64,000 bases of DNA from Octopus bimaculoides (GCF_001194135.2 NC_068984.1:34134271-34198270), one strand, 5' to 3'; numbered from the stretch's first letter, positions 48,821-63,288 are shown. Translations and numbers: made by a program. The notes: generated by a model not told the origin, from the sequence alone.

Positions 48821-51800
48821 ACAAAGTTATAAGATATATAAGGAGAAACTCTCTCTCGTTAGTTCTTAATGGTTTCCTCTCCATATTCAATAAAATAAAA
48901 TACTCGTCAAGTACTGAAGCTGATGGCAAACTAAGCCTGTTCTCTCAAAATTACTTGGGTCTAAATCAGAAACCATTATTAGTTATGGCTTCATGTGATT
49001 GAGAAAGTGGGGTTTTCATTTTGTTTATGATGATGTTCATAATTAGCCTCACTAGAGAATTTCAAAGTCTCATATGACTATAAATCTTAGCAAGGGCAAA
49101 AAAATTCCCTGGAAAAATATAAAAATGACATTTTTAATGAATCGTTTAACAGTTAAAGAAAAACGAGATAACTCGAACCTTGACAAACTCATAGGTTGAT
49201 AGCAATTACATGGCTTGTGCAGGTGATAAAATTTCTTGACTTCTTTAAGTCTTCATGTCAGTTTTGTCTTTTATATCAGGGACAGTGGGAAGTGTGCTGT
49301 GGAAGGCATTGCTAGGCAATAAAAAACAAGTACAATATTCAATGGTTCACTCAGCAAATAGACCAACTTCCTATTTCAAAACCAAATGACCTTCCTCTTA
49401 TGAACAGAACCCATATAGAGTGTACATAACTGTCACTTACTAAGACAGTAAAACTGTCACTTTACTAAGATAGTAAAACAAACAACGTAGTTTTACAATC
49501 ATACTAGTGGTTCATTTTGATATTTATAACATAGATCATTTAGTAGGAATTAGTTTACTTTGTAAGTATTTAACAGTACTCTGTTCAAAGTAACAAAGTG
49601 CATAAAAGTTTAACTCATTCCAAATAAGGTCCCTTCAAGTTGATTTGCAACTACCACTGGTGAGATATTTTTGTCACCAATACAAATTAGTAATAGCGGA
49701 ATCTGCAAAATTGTGTGTGTTGGTGGGGTTTAGAATGGAGAAAGTGGGAGGAAGTTTTAAATTGATTACAAGGTAACACTGCTTCAAGCTCTGAACAAAA
49801 CAGCCATAGCAAAACAGAAAATTAAGAAAACAAAATAAAGGAAAAGGCAAGAAAATGCTATTTAGTTTCATTGTTAACCATGGATGTTTTAATTGATTGC
49901 TTAACATTTCTAAATTGCACCAAAACCAATCCATTCACTAATGTAATTTAACACTGTGGCAATGCTGCAAATTATCTGTTTCTTTGCATTAAAGAAGAGG
50001 CGTATCTCTGGAGGGACTGGTGGTATCAAAGGGAGAATTTAAGTGGCATGTCTGGTCATCAGCACAGAAAGATAATGAGAGAATGTGTTTGAGTGTAAAC
50101 AAGAGAAGGGATTTGAAAATTAGATACAGGAAGGTGTGGAAGTATAAAAAGAGAGTTATTTATAAAACTGATAGAAAGTGAAATGGATAATAGATCAGGA
50201 CCACTGATTTGATGAGCAAACTAGAGAAATGGGAAAAGACCAATTTTAATGAGAGAAACAAAAAAAAAAAAAATACCTGCAATTAGAANNNNNNNNNNAA
50301 AAAAAAAAAAAAAAATACCTGCAATTAGAATGAAAGGCAGAAAAGAGATGGACTTTATGCCATGCAAATTAATGTGGGAAAAGCAGTTTGTGGGTGATAA
50401 ATATTAAGAGTGATAAATGTTATGGCTTCTTGTGAATAATGAAATAGAGTATGCATGGCATAATCATAAAATGAACTTGAATATTATATCATGAAACACA
50501 TGTCTCATGCTTTGAGTGAGAGTATACTGAGTGTATAAGCAGTGATGAAATCACAAGTAGAACAAAAGAATATAAGGGTAATTTAGTCTGATACAAATTA
50601 CATCATTTAAGATGTAAATAAATAAAATGTTCAGCATTAATGCTGCAAAAGGGTGCTACTTCAAAGTGAAATCAAAAATAAAATGAAAATAAATATAGTT
50701 CAAAAATGACATGAAAAAGAATGAAACAAGTAAGTCAAATAGAGAAGACAATAAACTAAATATTGCCTATTTTCTATTGGCATATATCAAAGGAATGCAG
50801 AGAAGAAATAAATTGACTTTAGCTGTGCCTTAATCCTATTAAGGATATTGTCCTGATGAAGGATGCCAGGTTAACGAATTTAATTTGTTAATTACTAAAT
50901 GTCTTTCATATCCAAATGTCTCTAGTGAATATGTATTAAATTGTCTAGAATTGGACAACATTTTCATCGTTAATGCAAATCTGATGATTAAAGCTAATAC
51001 TTTTTATTGAACCATTAGAGCTTTACTGTGTATTGAAAACTATCAATTATCATCTTCCTTACTTGTATTGATGGATAAGGAGAATGCATATCTACTAGAA
51101 ACTGAAGGATAGTGAGGACATCTAAGGCAAAGGTGAAATGTGAATGTGAGATCTGAACTAAAATAGTCAAGGATTATGAATGAGGTGACATATGTTGTAC
51201 AGAGAACAGAAGAGACATTATATCATACAGATTCCATCTAAACCACGCAAGCAAGATATAAATATGATTTCATTAAAGCCACAGTAATGATAATAGTAAC
51301 GTTGTGATGATAATGACAATGGTGGTGATGTTGGTGGCAATAGTGATGATAGCTATCATCATCACTAGCATCAATCATCATGAACTTTCTGCACATATTC
51401 CATGATTACACATTTGAATGAGCAGATCTGTAATATCTTTTCAATTAACACAGTCACTCATCAATTACTCTTTAGGTTTGAATTATTTCAGGTGACATCA
51501 TTTGTATTCGTTTGCAAACATCTGCCTATACAGCTATAATCTATCAGTTAAAGGTAATTTTCAGGTCATATTTTTCATTTTGATACACATGTAAGGTCTC
51601 ATAATTGTTTCTAATTCAGGCACATAGCCAACAGTTTTGAGTGGGTGACTTCAGTTGATTACTTCAATCCCAGTACTTGACTTCTACTCTATTTTAATTG
51701 ACCAGGTGAAATGAAAGCCAGAGTTGACCTTGGCAGGATTTGAGATTAGAAACATAATGAGTCAGAACAAATACTGCATAGCTTTCAGTTCAATGCTTTA

Positions 51801-52899
51801 ATGATTCTGATCCTAAACCCTAATATTGACCACTCACCCCAAACTGCCAGTTATTATATCACTGAGTTCAAATTGCCTGCCAACACTTCATTATTCCTAT
51901 CACACAAAACACAAGCTTCAGAACTGTTAGACTTTATGCCTACAAGAATGGAAGCAATGCACCTGCATCGATAGAAAAGAGAATTCAAGGAACAATAGAA
52001 ATGTGGTCCCAATTCAATCTTGGCTAATGTGTGTGTGTATGTGTGTGTGTGTGTGTGTGTGTTTCATTATACAAATGGGAAAATATATATATATATATCT
52101 GTAGCCTTGTAGACGTTTATTTATCAGATGTTTGTTTATAAGAGCATGGTTATATACAAATGTCTGTTTTATTGTGATAATATAGGTTAGACAGAGAGGT
52201 ATTTGAGGATGGTTTCGATTGATTACATTAATCCCAGTACGTGACTTATACTCTATTATATATATGGAAGAATCCCTTTCTTGTTCTCAGTCTTTAATTC
52301 CTTTTCAAGTGAGGGGTGAATGCATTGGATGAATTGTTAACAAGAAATTTTAACGAATGTCACTTGTTACAGTTCAGCTACAAGCAGAGGCAATACCATT
52401 TATAACCCGGCACAGATTGTAAATATTCATGCACACACTCACACCTACATCATTCAGATCTTGTCAGCCAAATTCCTTCACAAGGTATTAGTTGACCCAG
52501 GGTTGCCACTCAGTGGAACTAAACCCAAAGTTAAATGGCTGTTAAGTGAATTTCTTAATCACACTGTTGTACCTGATTTAGTTGAGTAAAATGAACACTT
52601 ATATTTTTTGTATATCCAGGGAGGAAGTACAGCAAACAGAAGAGACAATTCCTAACTGGTGACGTTGATACAATTCACTTTCACCTAAACTTTGTGTAAA
52701 TTAATATGTAGATAATATGGAGACATAGAGTAACTTGCTGAGGGTTGCAGTCTTTGAGATATATGTTTGTTGTGGAGGTTTGAGAATGAGACACAGTAAG
52801 GATGGTGGGAGCAGGAGAGCTTTTGCAGTAGACAGTTTTTATATTTCAACTGTGCAAAAACAGAGAGGATATAATAACTCGATGTACTAGAGGTTGATG

Positions 52900-53285
52900 T
52901 CTGGTGGTGAATGAAGTTTTTTTAAATCAGTCATTCTTCTTGTTGTCCAATATCTGAATCCGGGTTTGTCCCCGTTGACGTGGGTGGCTGGATCTACCTC
53001 ACTCCTACAGTAACTGCTCTCACACCATCTTGCCATCCAGTTTTGGGCATTCTCCCTCTTCAAGCCAACCCTCCCAATCTCCTCCTCCACCTGTCCCCCT
53101 ACGTTTACTTTGGTTGACTTCGCTTTGATAGTTCATTCACTCTAAACTCAAGCACTTTCCTCAGAACATGATCCTCATTCCTCCTCAACACATGTCCATA
53201 CCACCACACTCCATTCACCCTTGCCAGCTGTTCCACTGATACCTTCAGTCCCAGTGTCCCTATTAAATCATCACTTTTGGATTTT
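52900..53285 (-). mobile_element. Second RTE family, ORF2 C-terminus plus short 3' UTR
   Basis: LGLKVSVEQLARVNGVWWYGHVLRRNEDHVLRKVLEF..QVEEEIGRVGLKRENA; UTR ..ccacgtcaacggggacaaacccggatt..; differs from the module-array family. Confidence 0.82.
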
Positions 53286-55294
53286 TTGTGACTACAGCTG
53301 CTGTACTACAGATATGTGTGCAGTATTCTAGTTTATAGGACATACCTTATTTTTAAAGAAGAAGCTGTTGACAGCTACATTACTTTCTGGTTATTAAAAA
53401 TAGGGGCTAACAATTAATAAACAGTTTTGGTTATAGCATAGCTATTTGGTTATAATAGGAAGCTATCAGAGATTCAGAAGGATTTAGTTGAGTTGCTCAT
53501 GAAGGGAGGATATATTGCGTAGTGTTTTTCCTTAATATGTATATTTACTGTACTTTGGAGTTGTAGAAAATATAGGATAGTTTCAATCATCCACTTATCA
53601 ATGTAATATTAGTTTAGCTTTTATCATTCTGAGGCCAATGAATAAGTACTGAAAGATCAACTTGATTATAGCCATTTCCCAAATTTGAGGTCTTGTATCT
53701 ATATCAAAAATCAACATCAAATGGAAATCATACTTGCTGCCAAGTATAGTCAGCCTAGAATTGACAGAGTTCCAACTAATTAGCAGATGGGTAGAAGATG
53801 TTGTACATTCATTGTTTTGTTCTGTGTCCAGATCTTGCTGACCTCTGGTCAAAAGCATTTCAGCTGTAACAATACAATCTTTCTTTTCCAGGAATATGGT
53901 ATCTATTCTTTATCCAGTGTATCCATTTTCAAATATGGGACCTGTGTTTTCCAGAAACTAGGTATATACCTTCTTTATTCTGTGTCTGATTTGGAAAGGT
54001 GATGTGATTTCAGGGAGGTTTAGTGCTCTTTCCACTAAATTAACAGATAGAAGGTTGATTTAGTGCTTATAAAATTTATAATTAATTTTGTTTTTGATCA
54101 GGCATAAAGGCACTACATTTTGGAAGTTATGTAAAGACATTGGTATGGTTATTATGAGAGTATTAATGAGGTAAATATAAATCAACTAGCTTTGACAAGG
54201 AATTGAAATAGTTTCACAGAGCTCAGCTTTAATCTCACTTTACAGCTTTTGCTATTCTTTGACATCCTATGTATGTGTTTCTCTCTCATTTTAATATTAA
54301 CCAACTATTTTGAAATCCACCGGCACCAGAAGTTATTTTCTATTGCATGTACTAGTTAGTCTGAAGCAGAATCACTTAGTCATTTTAACCATTTACAAAC
54401 ATCAATTATGTGGACCTAAGATTTGAGTTTTGACACAAGATTTGACCTTTTGAAATTGATGGGAGACAATTTGTTCAATGACCTTAGGATATTTGTCTAT
54501 AGCAGGTAACCTTAACCTGTAATGCCTGGAAACAAATCTCTAGATTGGCAAAGTGAGGGTAAGTAAAATTAAACGTCTTACACTGCACTGAAACATTATG
54601 AATCATATGTTAAGAAATATTCACTGAGAAACCATACTGTTGATAATCTGATACATTATCAACTTGAAAGTCTCCATCACTATTACTTCCTCAATAGAAA
54701 TCCTCTCTTTCTTACTATCCCTTTCTATTCTTTCTTTTTTCCCCCCATTAAGCTATCTTGTTACCTTTTCAATGTCAATAAGCATCTCAAAGGCTTTCAA
54801 AACTTAGTAAATAAATATGCTGGTGAGTGTTTTGTAAATGACAAGCATTTCAATTCAGAAGTAGGGGCGAGTGAGTTTCCATAAAAGTTTTCATATGGAA
54901 TTGTATGAATACATTTCAGGAATCTGGTAGGTAAATTATTTCATCTCATATATGTATTCAGATGCAATAATACCTGTGTACATAAATGCACACACACACA
55001 CACACACACACACATACGCACACACATACATAAACAGAGTTATAAGAGACTCACTCGCATAGGTACACATGCACATTTCATTACGTATACATTTAGATGC
55101 CCACTAAACACAAACGCACACACAGACTTATTAATTCTTGCACACACATAAAACATTCTGTCAAGTACAAGTAACTCTATCAGGTTTTCTCTCTCTCTTT
55201 CACTTTCTGATATGCACACAACTAAATCAGTGCTAAATAAATGCACATACTTTGATATTCAAAAGAATTTGTATTTTTAAAAAGTGTATATATA

Positions 55295-55742
55295 GATGTA
55301 GGAGTGGCTGTGTGGTAAGTAGCTTGCTTATGAACCACATGGTCCCAGGTTCAGACCCACTGCATGGCACCTTGAGCAAGTGTCTTCTACTATATATAGC
55401 CTCGCACCTTAGGCAAGTGTCTTCTAGTATAGCCTCGCACCTTAGGCAAGTGTCTTCTACTATAGCCTTGCGAGTGGATTTGGTAGACGGAAACTGAAAG
55501 AAGCCCGTCGTATATATGTATGTGTGTGTACAAATTTGTGTATCTGTGTTTGCCCCCCCCCCCAACATCACTTGACAACTGATGCTGGTGTGTTTACGTC
55601 CCCATAACATAGCGGTTTGGCAAAAGAGACTGATAGAATAAGTACTAGGCTTACAAAGAATAAGTCTTGGGGTCGATCTGTACGACTAAAGGTGGTGCTC
55701 CAGCATGGCCACAGTCAAATGACTGAAACAAGTAAAAGAGTA
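55295..55742 (+). mobile_element. SINE family A with internal 33-bp triplication
   Basis: gcaccttaggcaagtgtcttctactatagcctc x3 at about 55367-55470. Confidence 0.9.
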
Positions 55743-55759
55743 TATCCATACAAAGTGCA

Positions 55760-56030
55760 AATGTGTTGGAGGTAAAATTGGGCATAACTGGAATCAGATG
55801 CATATGCAAAAGAGAAAACTATACTGGTATGGTTATGTGATGTGTATGAATGAGATCAGCTGCACAAAAAAGAACTTATTGCTAAATGTTGATGGAATCT
55901 GTGAAAGGAAAACTCATGGAGAAGTGAAACAAAGTAGTAGAAACTGTTGTAAGGACGTTCAGTTTTATGACAAAGAACAAGAAGATTTACAATCTACAAT
56001 GTTTAAGAAGATCTGTCCATCTCAATGAAA
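55760..56030 (+). mobile_element. Decayed RTE ORF2 C-terminus
   Basis: MQKRKLYWYGYVMCMNEISCTKK..NVDGICERKT. Confidence 0.6.
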
Positions 56031-58953
56031 GAAGCAAATGAGATTTTAAAAGTTTATCATTTGCCTCTATACCAAATCTGTCCTTGACAAGCCTCCCCCA
56101 GAACTCATCTTTCTAAAACCCATCCCACCATCACTCTTCTGACTACAACACTATTAACTCAGATGGTGTAATTCTATGAGAGTATAACTGTATATATTTC
56201 ATCCCTTCGTTTGTACTATCAGTTTTCCACCTCATTTGAACATTCTCTTTTCATTATCTATATCACATTCTAAATATGATCCCTTACCACTTTATTTTCT
56301 ACTAAATGCCCCTTTTCCTCTGATCACCCTCTTGTATTTGCTAGTGACATTTCCACCACAGCCTTTATCACACTACTTCATTCACCCATGACTAGGTGAA
56401 AGATGAAACTGTTTTCTAATTATAAATGTTTTGATATTTTAATTCATATGAAATATTTCCCTTTGCATTTTTAAAATACCTTTTATGATAACAATCTTTA
56501 ATCTTATGACTTTTTTGCTTTTTATTGTGTTTCTATTTAAATGTAGTTTTATTATATAGGTAACAAACAAAATTTTACTTTCTTTTTATCAAGTTAACAC
56601 AAATTTGATAAACCTTTTATTTTTATGAAAATAATATTTTTGAAGAGAACAATTATATAAATTTATCAAAGCTCATTTGCAGATGATAAGAAAATTACCA
56701 TTGATATTTTAAATATCAAAAACCCATTTTAGCTAATAGTCTTTGTTTATTTTTGTTTATTTAGTTCAAAGAAAAACTTTTGGGAAATTTGGAGGAAAAT
56801 TCAAGAATTAAAAAAGATAGTAGAGATAGCTTCTTTTCTGGGAAAGTTAACTGATATTTTAGGTAGGTTGAGAACTAATAAAAGGAATAAATTAGCCTAC
56901 ACACTGTAGTTTAAAATATGTGCATTAAATCTTTACTAAACAATCTTCTGAATGTATAATGTCTTGATGTTAATTAGCATAAATTTTAAGTATATATGTT
57001 ATTGAGGACACTGCTGATCCTGTTTGAGGCAGGGGGTCTGATTAAAATAACCAAAATTTACAAGACCATGTTCTGATAACTGTTCATCAAATTTTGTCTT
57101 ACAGTTACCAGTTGAAATACATTAAAAACTCTGTTATAAAACTTATGAACATCAAGCATTTATAGAGTGAAATTTTTGCATTAACATATAAATTTTGGAT
57201 TCTTTATGTCCATAGAGCTCCAAAAGGGCCAATTTCTCTGTTAGCTGACAAATTTTGTTCTATTTTCAGTATTAAAATGTCATACCCCGTGAGGGTGTCA
57301 ATGATATGAATTGAGAAAAGAGAAAGTAACAAAACACGAAATTGTTCCCTGTAAATAATAAATTTTAAAAGAATTATATTTAAACTTATTCTAAGGATTT
57401 AATGCCCTTTGGATATATTGATTCTCCACTAAAATATTATTTTCTGTTTAAACAATTTTTTTAAAATTTTGCATTAAAAGAGAATGATTATTTATTCCAG
57501 TATAATTAATTATCCAAAATTAGAAGTAACTAAAAAATATCCCCTCAAAATATGAAAGTATATCAAAATTTGATAAATTAATAGAATTAGATATAATGAA
57601 ATATATTATTACCACATTTATTATATGAAAAACTAGTCCTCCTGGGGCTAAAAGCAACAGTAACATCCACCCCTAGGGGTCAGCCACACTTAAGTGGCAA
57701 TATACTACACTTTATTTATTTTTATTTAAATGATTTTAAAAATGATAGTTTTATTTGAATATGAAGGAAAAAAAATATCTTCAAAATGTTCCAAAAAGAC
57801 TATTAAAAATTTTTGTTAAATTTGCTTTTAGCTTTGGTAACTTGTTGGTAGAACTGTTTACTGTTATCCTTCACCTAATTTTTGTATTTCTCTCCACCAG
57901 ACCATCATGAGTGGATATAGGAAAGGCACAAAGGATTAAGTGAAAGAGACACCAATTACCATTACAAGATTCTCTGTGATGATATCTGTGACATCACTAA
58001 GATGGCCATCAGGTGGTTAGTTTGTTATGGCAACATCATGATCATGATAGTGTGATAAATGAGGAGACTCATGGTATGTTCAAGGTATTTCTTGAGATTG
58101 TGGATATGATCAGACCTCATTTTACCTCATATTGGTCAACTCTTATTTGCAGTACTCTTATTTGATAGGTGTCATTCAATTTGTCTACTGCTGCTTTATT
58201 ATTTTTTTTCTTCTTCTTGTTTCATGTTCCTCATGCATACTTTTTATATTTTTATGTTTTGACTATAACAACTGCAGCATGAACGATACAAGTAAGCCAT
58301 TCAGAAACACACAAACACTCTTAACTTCCCTTAAACAATTATTGTCTCATATGTATTGCCCAAAAACTTTTCTCACTCGAAACTGCTGCCTGGTCATTGA
58401 CAACCATGTGCTGCACCTCCCATATTTATCAGTGACCAGGTTAAAGTTTTGAGTGAATAAAGGTTTGGTACCATATAGCAAACAATAAATGCTTAAGTGG
58501 AGATAACGATCTTTGTGTGTTTGTGAATGGGTAACTTGTCTCTTTCTCACTTGAAACCATTTCATTTTCAACACATGCTTTCAAATCAAAATATTTGCCA
58601 TGCCAGTACAGCTCTGTAATTGTTTTACTATAGTTGAAACTATTGAAAAAGAAACTATTGAAAAAGAATTAATAAATGTATTGCACCATGCTTATGTAAT
58701 TCGGTTTTCCAGTCTTCACAGAAACACATGTAAGAATACTTTAAGTATAAATAATTTCAGAACAAACTTTCCTGTTGTGTTTTCTTCTACACATAATCTG
58801 TGATCTATAGAACTAAGGTGACCAATAGTAAAATAATTTAACTAAATGACATGAATTTTCTTCAAACATTTCTCATTTAGAATATAAAAGAACATATGGT
58901 ATACTGAATACTAGTTATTTGACATGCATCTTGATTCACACATGTATATGTGT

Positions 58954-58997
<44 letters not shown>

Positions 58998-59312
58998 ATG
59001 TTTGTTAGTGTATTAGAGTGTTAGCACAGATAATTTTGATAGGTTATAAATTCTTAAAATTGTGATGTATTTAAAAATTGAAATTCACGAAAAAGAATAA
59101 AATACAAAACTGTTCAAAATATTGATATTTCCTAAAATGTCTGATATTCAGTTGAGAAGTATATGAGATTTCTTTTGCAGTTATTGGAAGAATGAATACA
59201 TTCAAGGCAACAGGACGGGTATCAGGCCATAGAAAATCTGCTGTAACAAATTTCATGTCACTAATACAAGTATGCACAAGTGGACAGTGAAATGATATTG
59301 GTGATGAGGTTG

Positions 59313-59366
<54 letters not shown>

Positions 59367-59773
59367 TACAGCTGTGTACCTAGGATTCTATGAAAAGTGA
59401 TTCACAGAAGTGTGCAGATATTGTCAGATCAGAGAACCCTTTAGTTCCATCTTATTGAGAACAAATTCTCTACTGCTAATGTCAAGATAAAATGCATTCT
59501 GTGCTCTCTGTAAATTGATTGGTGTTACGAAAGGCATCCAACCATAGACATTAAACCAAATGATGGCAATGTTGATAGGTATGATCTCTTAACCATGTCT
59601 AACATACATCAGAAGGGCAGCAACTCATAAGAAGAACTCACTCAGACAAATACAGAGATGTATGAATATATGTATATATGTATGCATGTTGTCCTGGGTA
59701 TGACTTTAAACTATATTTAATAGCTGGACCCTGATACAGGAGTTCCAGATCTTTGAGGAGAGTGGAACCACCT

Positions 59774-59827
59774 CTTAGACACTATTAGTCCCAAGTCTAT
59801 CCTGATTTGGGAATAATAGTGTCTAAG
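59774..59827. repeat. 54-nt hairpin, 21-bp stem with one mismatch
   Basis: cttagacactatta-g-tcccaa / 12-nt loop / ttggga-a-taatagtgtctaag. Confidence 0.88.
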
Positions 59828-60718
59828 TAAGCTGGAGTAGTGGCACCTGTTAGGGTCCCAACTATGGGTTAACTAGTATGTGGACCACTGAGAGTGAAGG
59901 ACATTTAGTTTTTGTTAAGACTTCCTTCTTGAATCAGGTAAACTCATAGAAAAGACCTGAAGTGCAATTGGTTTCTGGCTGTCTCAAACTCTGTTATACC
60001 ACTGATTTCATAGTCGATTGTGCTGTGCAACACTTTATCCACCCAAATCAAGTTCATGTTCAAGAACTTTGATTCTTAGAACATTTGCACAAACTTACTG
60101 TGTTTCAAAAGTAGTCCTACTCTGTCACATGTTGACATCCACCATGTACTTATATAGGTTTTGTCAAATGATCAATATGAACTCGTATTGAAACATTAAT
60201 TTAAAGGAAGTTTCACTTTTTAGCAGTATCACACTTCTTACTGAGAAAAAAAAATAGATGGAAAATAGTGCAGTATTATTTTTAGTAAGAAATTCTAAAT
60301 CTACATAACCTTCAAGAATGCAATCTATTTAATCCTTCTCATGAAAATAAACATAATAAATTTCCAAGTAAGAAATATTAAGCAAGAACAATAGTTACTT
60401 GCATTCTGTAGAACATGTGCCAACACCTGCACTGATAAAGAAATGGGGTTAAAACCCACACAAAAGGATTGGTCGCCTTTTTCTTCTGTCAATAATCCAA
60501 TGGTATTGACTTCTTTGTTAATGTCATAAGATCTATAATCAGCTTGTTCCAATGTAAGGTAAAGGTGTTGATGTATGCATGGATAACATTAAACATAAAC
60601 ACACTTGCACACAGAGATATGCACAGATGCATGCTCACAAATATGTATTGAAATGTTTGCATGTATGTATATATATATATCTATATGCATGTATATATAC
60701 ATATACATACATACATAC

Positions 60719-60752
<34 letters not shown>

Positions 60753-61245
60753 NNNNNNNNNNNNNNNNNNNNNNNNNNNNNNNNNNNNNNNNNNNNNNNN
60801 NNNNNNNNNNNNNNNNNNNNNNNNNNNNNNNNNNNNNNNNNNNNNNNNNNNNNNNNNNNNNNNNNNNNNNNNNNNNNNNNNNNNNNNNNNNNNNNNNNNN
60901 NNNNNNNNNNNNNNNNNNNNNNNNNNNNNNNNNNNNNNNNNNNNNNNNNNNNNNNNNNNNNNNNNNNNNNNNNNNNNNNNNNNNNNNNNNNNNNNNNNNN
61001 NNNNNNNNNNNNNNNNNNNNNNNNNNNNNNNNNNNNNNNNNNNNNNNNNNNNNNNNNNNNNNNNNNNNNNNNNNNNNNNNNNNNNNNNNNNNNNNNNNNN
61101 NNNNNNNNNNNNNNNNNNNNNNNNNNNNNNNNNNNNNNNNNNNNNNNNNNNNNNNNNNNNNNNNNNNNNNNNNNNNNNNNNNNNNNNNNNNNNNNNNNNN
61201 NNNNNNNNNNNNNNNNNNNNNNNNNNNNNNNNNNNNNNNNNNNNN
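60753..61245. other. Assembly gap (largest)
   Basis: N run. Other gaps: 2382-2391, 8074-8083, 13604-13807, 37895-38111, 41748-42121, 50289-50298, 61967-62153, mostly flanked by microsatellites. Confidence 0.99.
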
Positions 61246-61453
61246 GTTTCCTGTTTGTTTGCAGTCTTTATTGCACCTGAACATCTGCCACAAACAAAAA
61301 CTAACTTGCTAGTTAACCTGCCTTTGATGTTGCTGCACCTCTTATGTGTCCATAGCTTGCACCGGGTACATCTTATAGAGTTACTACCTACTCCTTTTCT
61401 ACATACTGAGCAGGGCCATCTACCTGAAGGGGTTTGTGTTTTATCTACCTTCC

Positions 61454-61454
<1 letters not shown>
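61246..61454 (-). mobile_element. LINE (RTE-type) ORF2 fragment carrying a PHD finger
   Basis: RKVDKTQTPSGRWPCSVCRKGVGSNSIRCTRCKLWTHKRCSNIKGRLTSKLVFVCGRCSGAIKT = C-x2-C-x10-C-x2-C-x4-H-x2-C-x14-C-x2-C. Abuts (AT)n at its 5' end and an N gap at its 3' end. RTE assignment from remembered similarity. Confidence 0.75.
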
Positions 61455-61511
<57 letters not shown>

Positions 61512-61852
61512 TCGCATGCATGTATTCTCATATAATGTTTTGCATGTGTGTTTGCGCACACGCATAGGTATAGGGTTGTGGAGACTCATTCATATCCACA
61601 TAAAATCTATCTTTGTCGTCTTAAGTTTTTAACTTCCTGTATAGAATCATTTGTCTGAGTGTATATATGTGTATATATGTCTAAGTCCATTCGTGTATAA
61701 ACACACTTATATCTCATGTGCTCCATACTTGTACTATATATAATCAATTGATATTTGTTATCAATGGAATTTCCATAATAAAAACAACTATTCAATGACT
61801 ACCACTGCCACCACCAACATTAAAAACCACCACCACCACCACCACCACCACC

Positions 61853-61909
<57 letters not shown>

Positions 61910-63079
61910 GTTGCTGCTACCACTGATATGCTATACTACTCTACCATCCCAATTATGTCAAACCTTNNNNNNNNNNNNNNNNNNNNNNNNNNNNNNNNNN
62001 NNNNNNNNNNNNNNNNNNNNNNNNNNNNNNNNNNNNNNNNNNNNNNNNNNNNNNNNNNNNNNNNNNNNNNNNNNNNNNNNNNNNNNNNNNNNNNNNNNNN
62101 NNNNNNNNNNNNNNNNNNNNNNNNNNNNNNNNNNNNNNNNNNNNNNNNNNNNNATAACATAGAGAACTATTGTCAGGAACAATTCATGTCTTCCAATGGA
62201 AGACTGAAAAAGAGAAAGAAAAGAAAATGGAAAGCACATGAAATAATAGAAAAGACTACAAAAATGGAAATCAATCACTTGTGTTTTGTCAATAGCCAAG
62301 TCAATGGCTTCCCCTTTGACTAAAAATAAAAATATAATAAAATAAAAAAAATCCCCCAAAATAAATATATAATAAGGAAACAGAAAATCAACAAGAAAAA
62401 GAGAAAACTTAGTCTATCTACTACTGAATAGGAACTTCCTAGCTTCCTCTCCATCTCTTTCTCTCCTTCATTTTCTTTTTGTTTTGTGTCTATGCATTTG
62501 GTCTGAGTCCTCTGTTTCTCTTCAATGACATGAGGGCGGAGATATTATTGTTAGGAATGATCCCTCTGTTGGAATAGACAATCTCTTCACATAATACTTT
62601 GATGTTGCACACCTTGAAGGATGTTCATTATTTAATAGATGGTGAAGGTGGTGGTGTTGATGGTGGGATTGTTGATGTCAATGTTGATATTGAGCTTGAT
62701 CTTAATATATTGTTTCTGCTAGTATTGCTGTTGTTGTTGCTGTTCATGCTTACATTGTGGTTGAATCTTTTGGTGGTGTTATTGTCAGTTAGTTAGTGCT
62801 GGTGTTTCAAGGCAATTGTTCATTCTCTATCTGAAATTGTTTCATTGTTGAATTCTTTTCAATTTTTCCTAAATCTTTGTCACACCACTGTTTTTCCTAT
62901 GCTGTTTTGTCTGCTTGTCTTTCTACCTGCCCCACTCCTTTTCATTCCAAATCTCTCTGTATACATATCTATCTATATATATATATATATATATATATCA
63001 TGGAGTCTCCTGTCATCAGGTGACATATGAGGATTCAGCAATTTCTTGTTGAACAACAGCACAGATGATTTGTTTATAG

Positions 63080-63288
63080 GGATCAAATGTTTGTGTTCTC
63101 ATAAGCTCACTCCCTCCATCAAATTGACATTACCTGTACAGGTGTACCCTGTGCCACATGTCAGCTGATGAAATGATAGCAGAGCAGCATGAAATGAAGT
63201 GCTTTGCCCAAGATCACAATGAAATGCCTTGTCTGGTAACGGAAACCACAATCTCACAATCATGTGTGCGACACCCCAATCACTAAGC
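63080..63288 (-). mobile_element. tRNA-headed SINE family E
   Basis: Minus: tagcttagtgattggggtgtc..gtggtttccgtt..tgtgatcttgggcaaagcacttcatttcatgctgctc. Confidence 0.65.

Noticed and set aside
50270-50330. Duplicated a-run/tacctgcaattagaa
   Set aside because: Flanks a 10-N gap; overlap artefact, as at 2360-2420.
53787-54002. Signal-peptide-like ORF MGRRCCTFIVLFCVQILLTSG as first exon
   Set aside because: Opposite strand to the Ig exon, poor donor (gtcaaa), no other support.
60325-60552. 75-aa minus ORF as an upstream Ig exon
   Set aside because: Lacks the Ig Cys/Trp spacing and the DxGxYxC motif; no recognisable homology.
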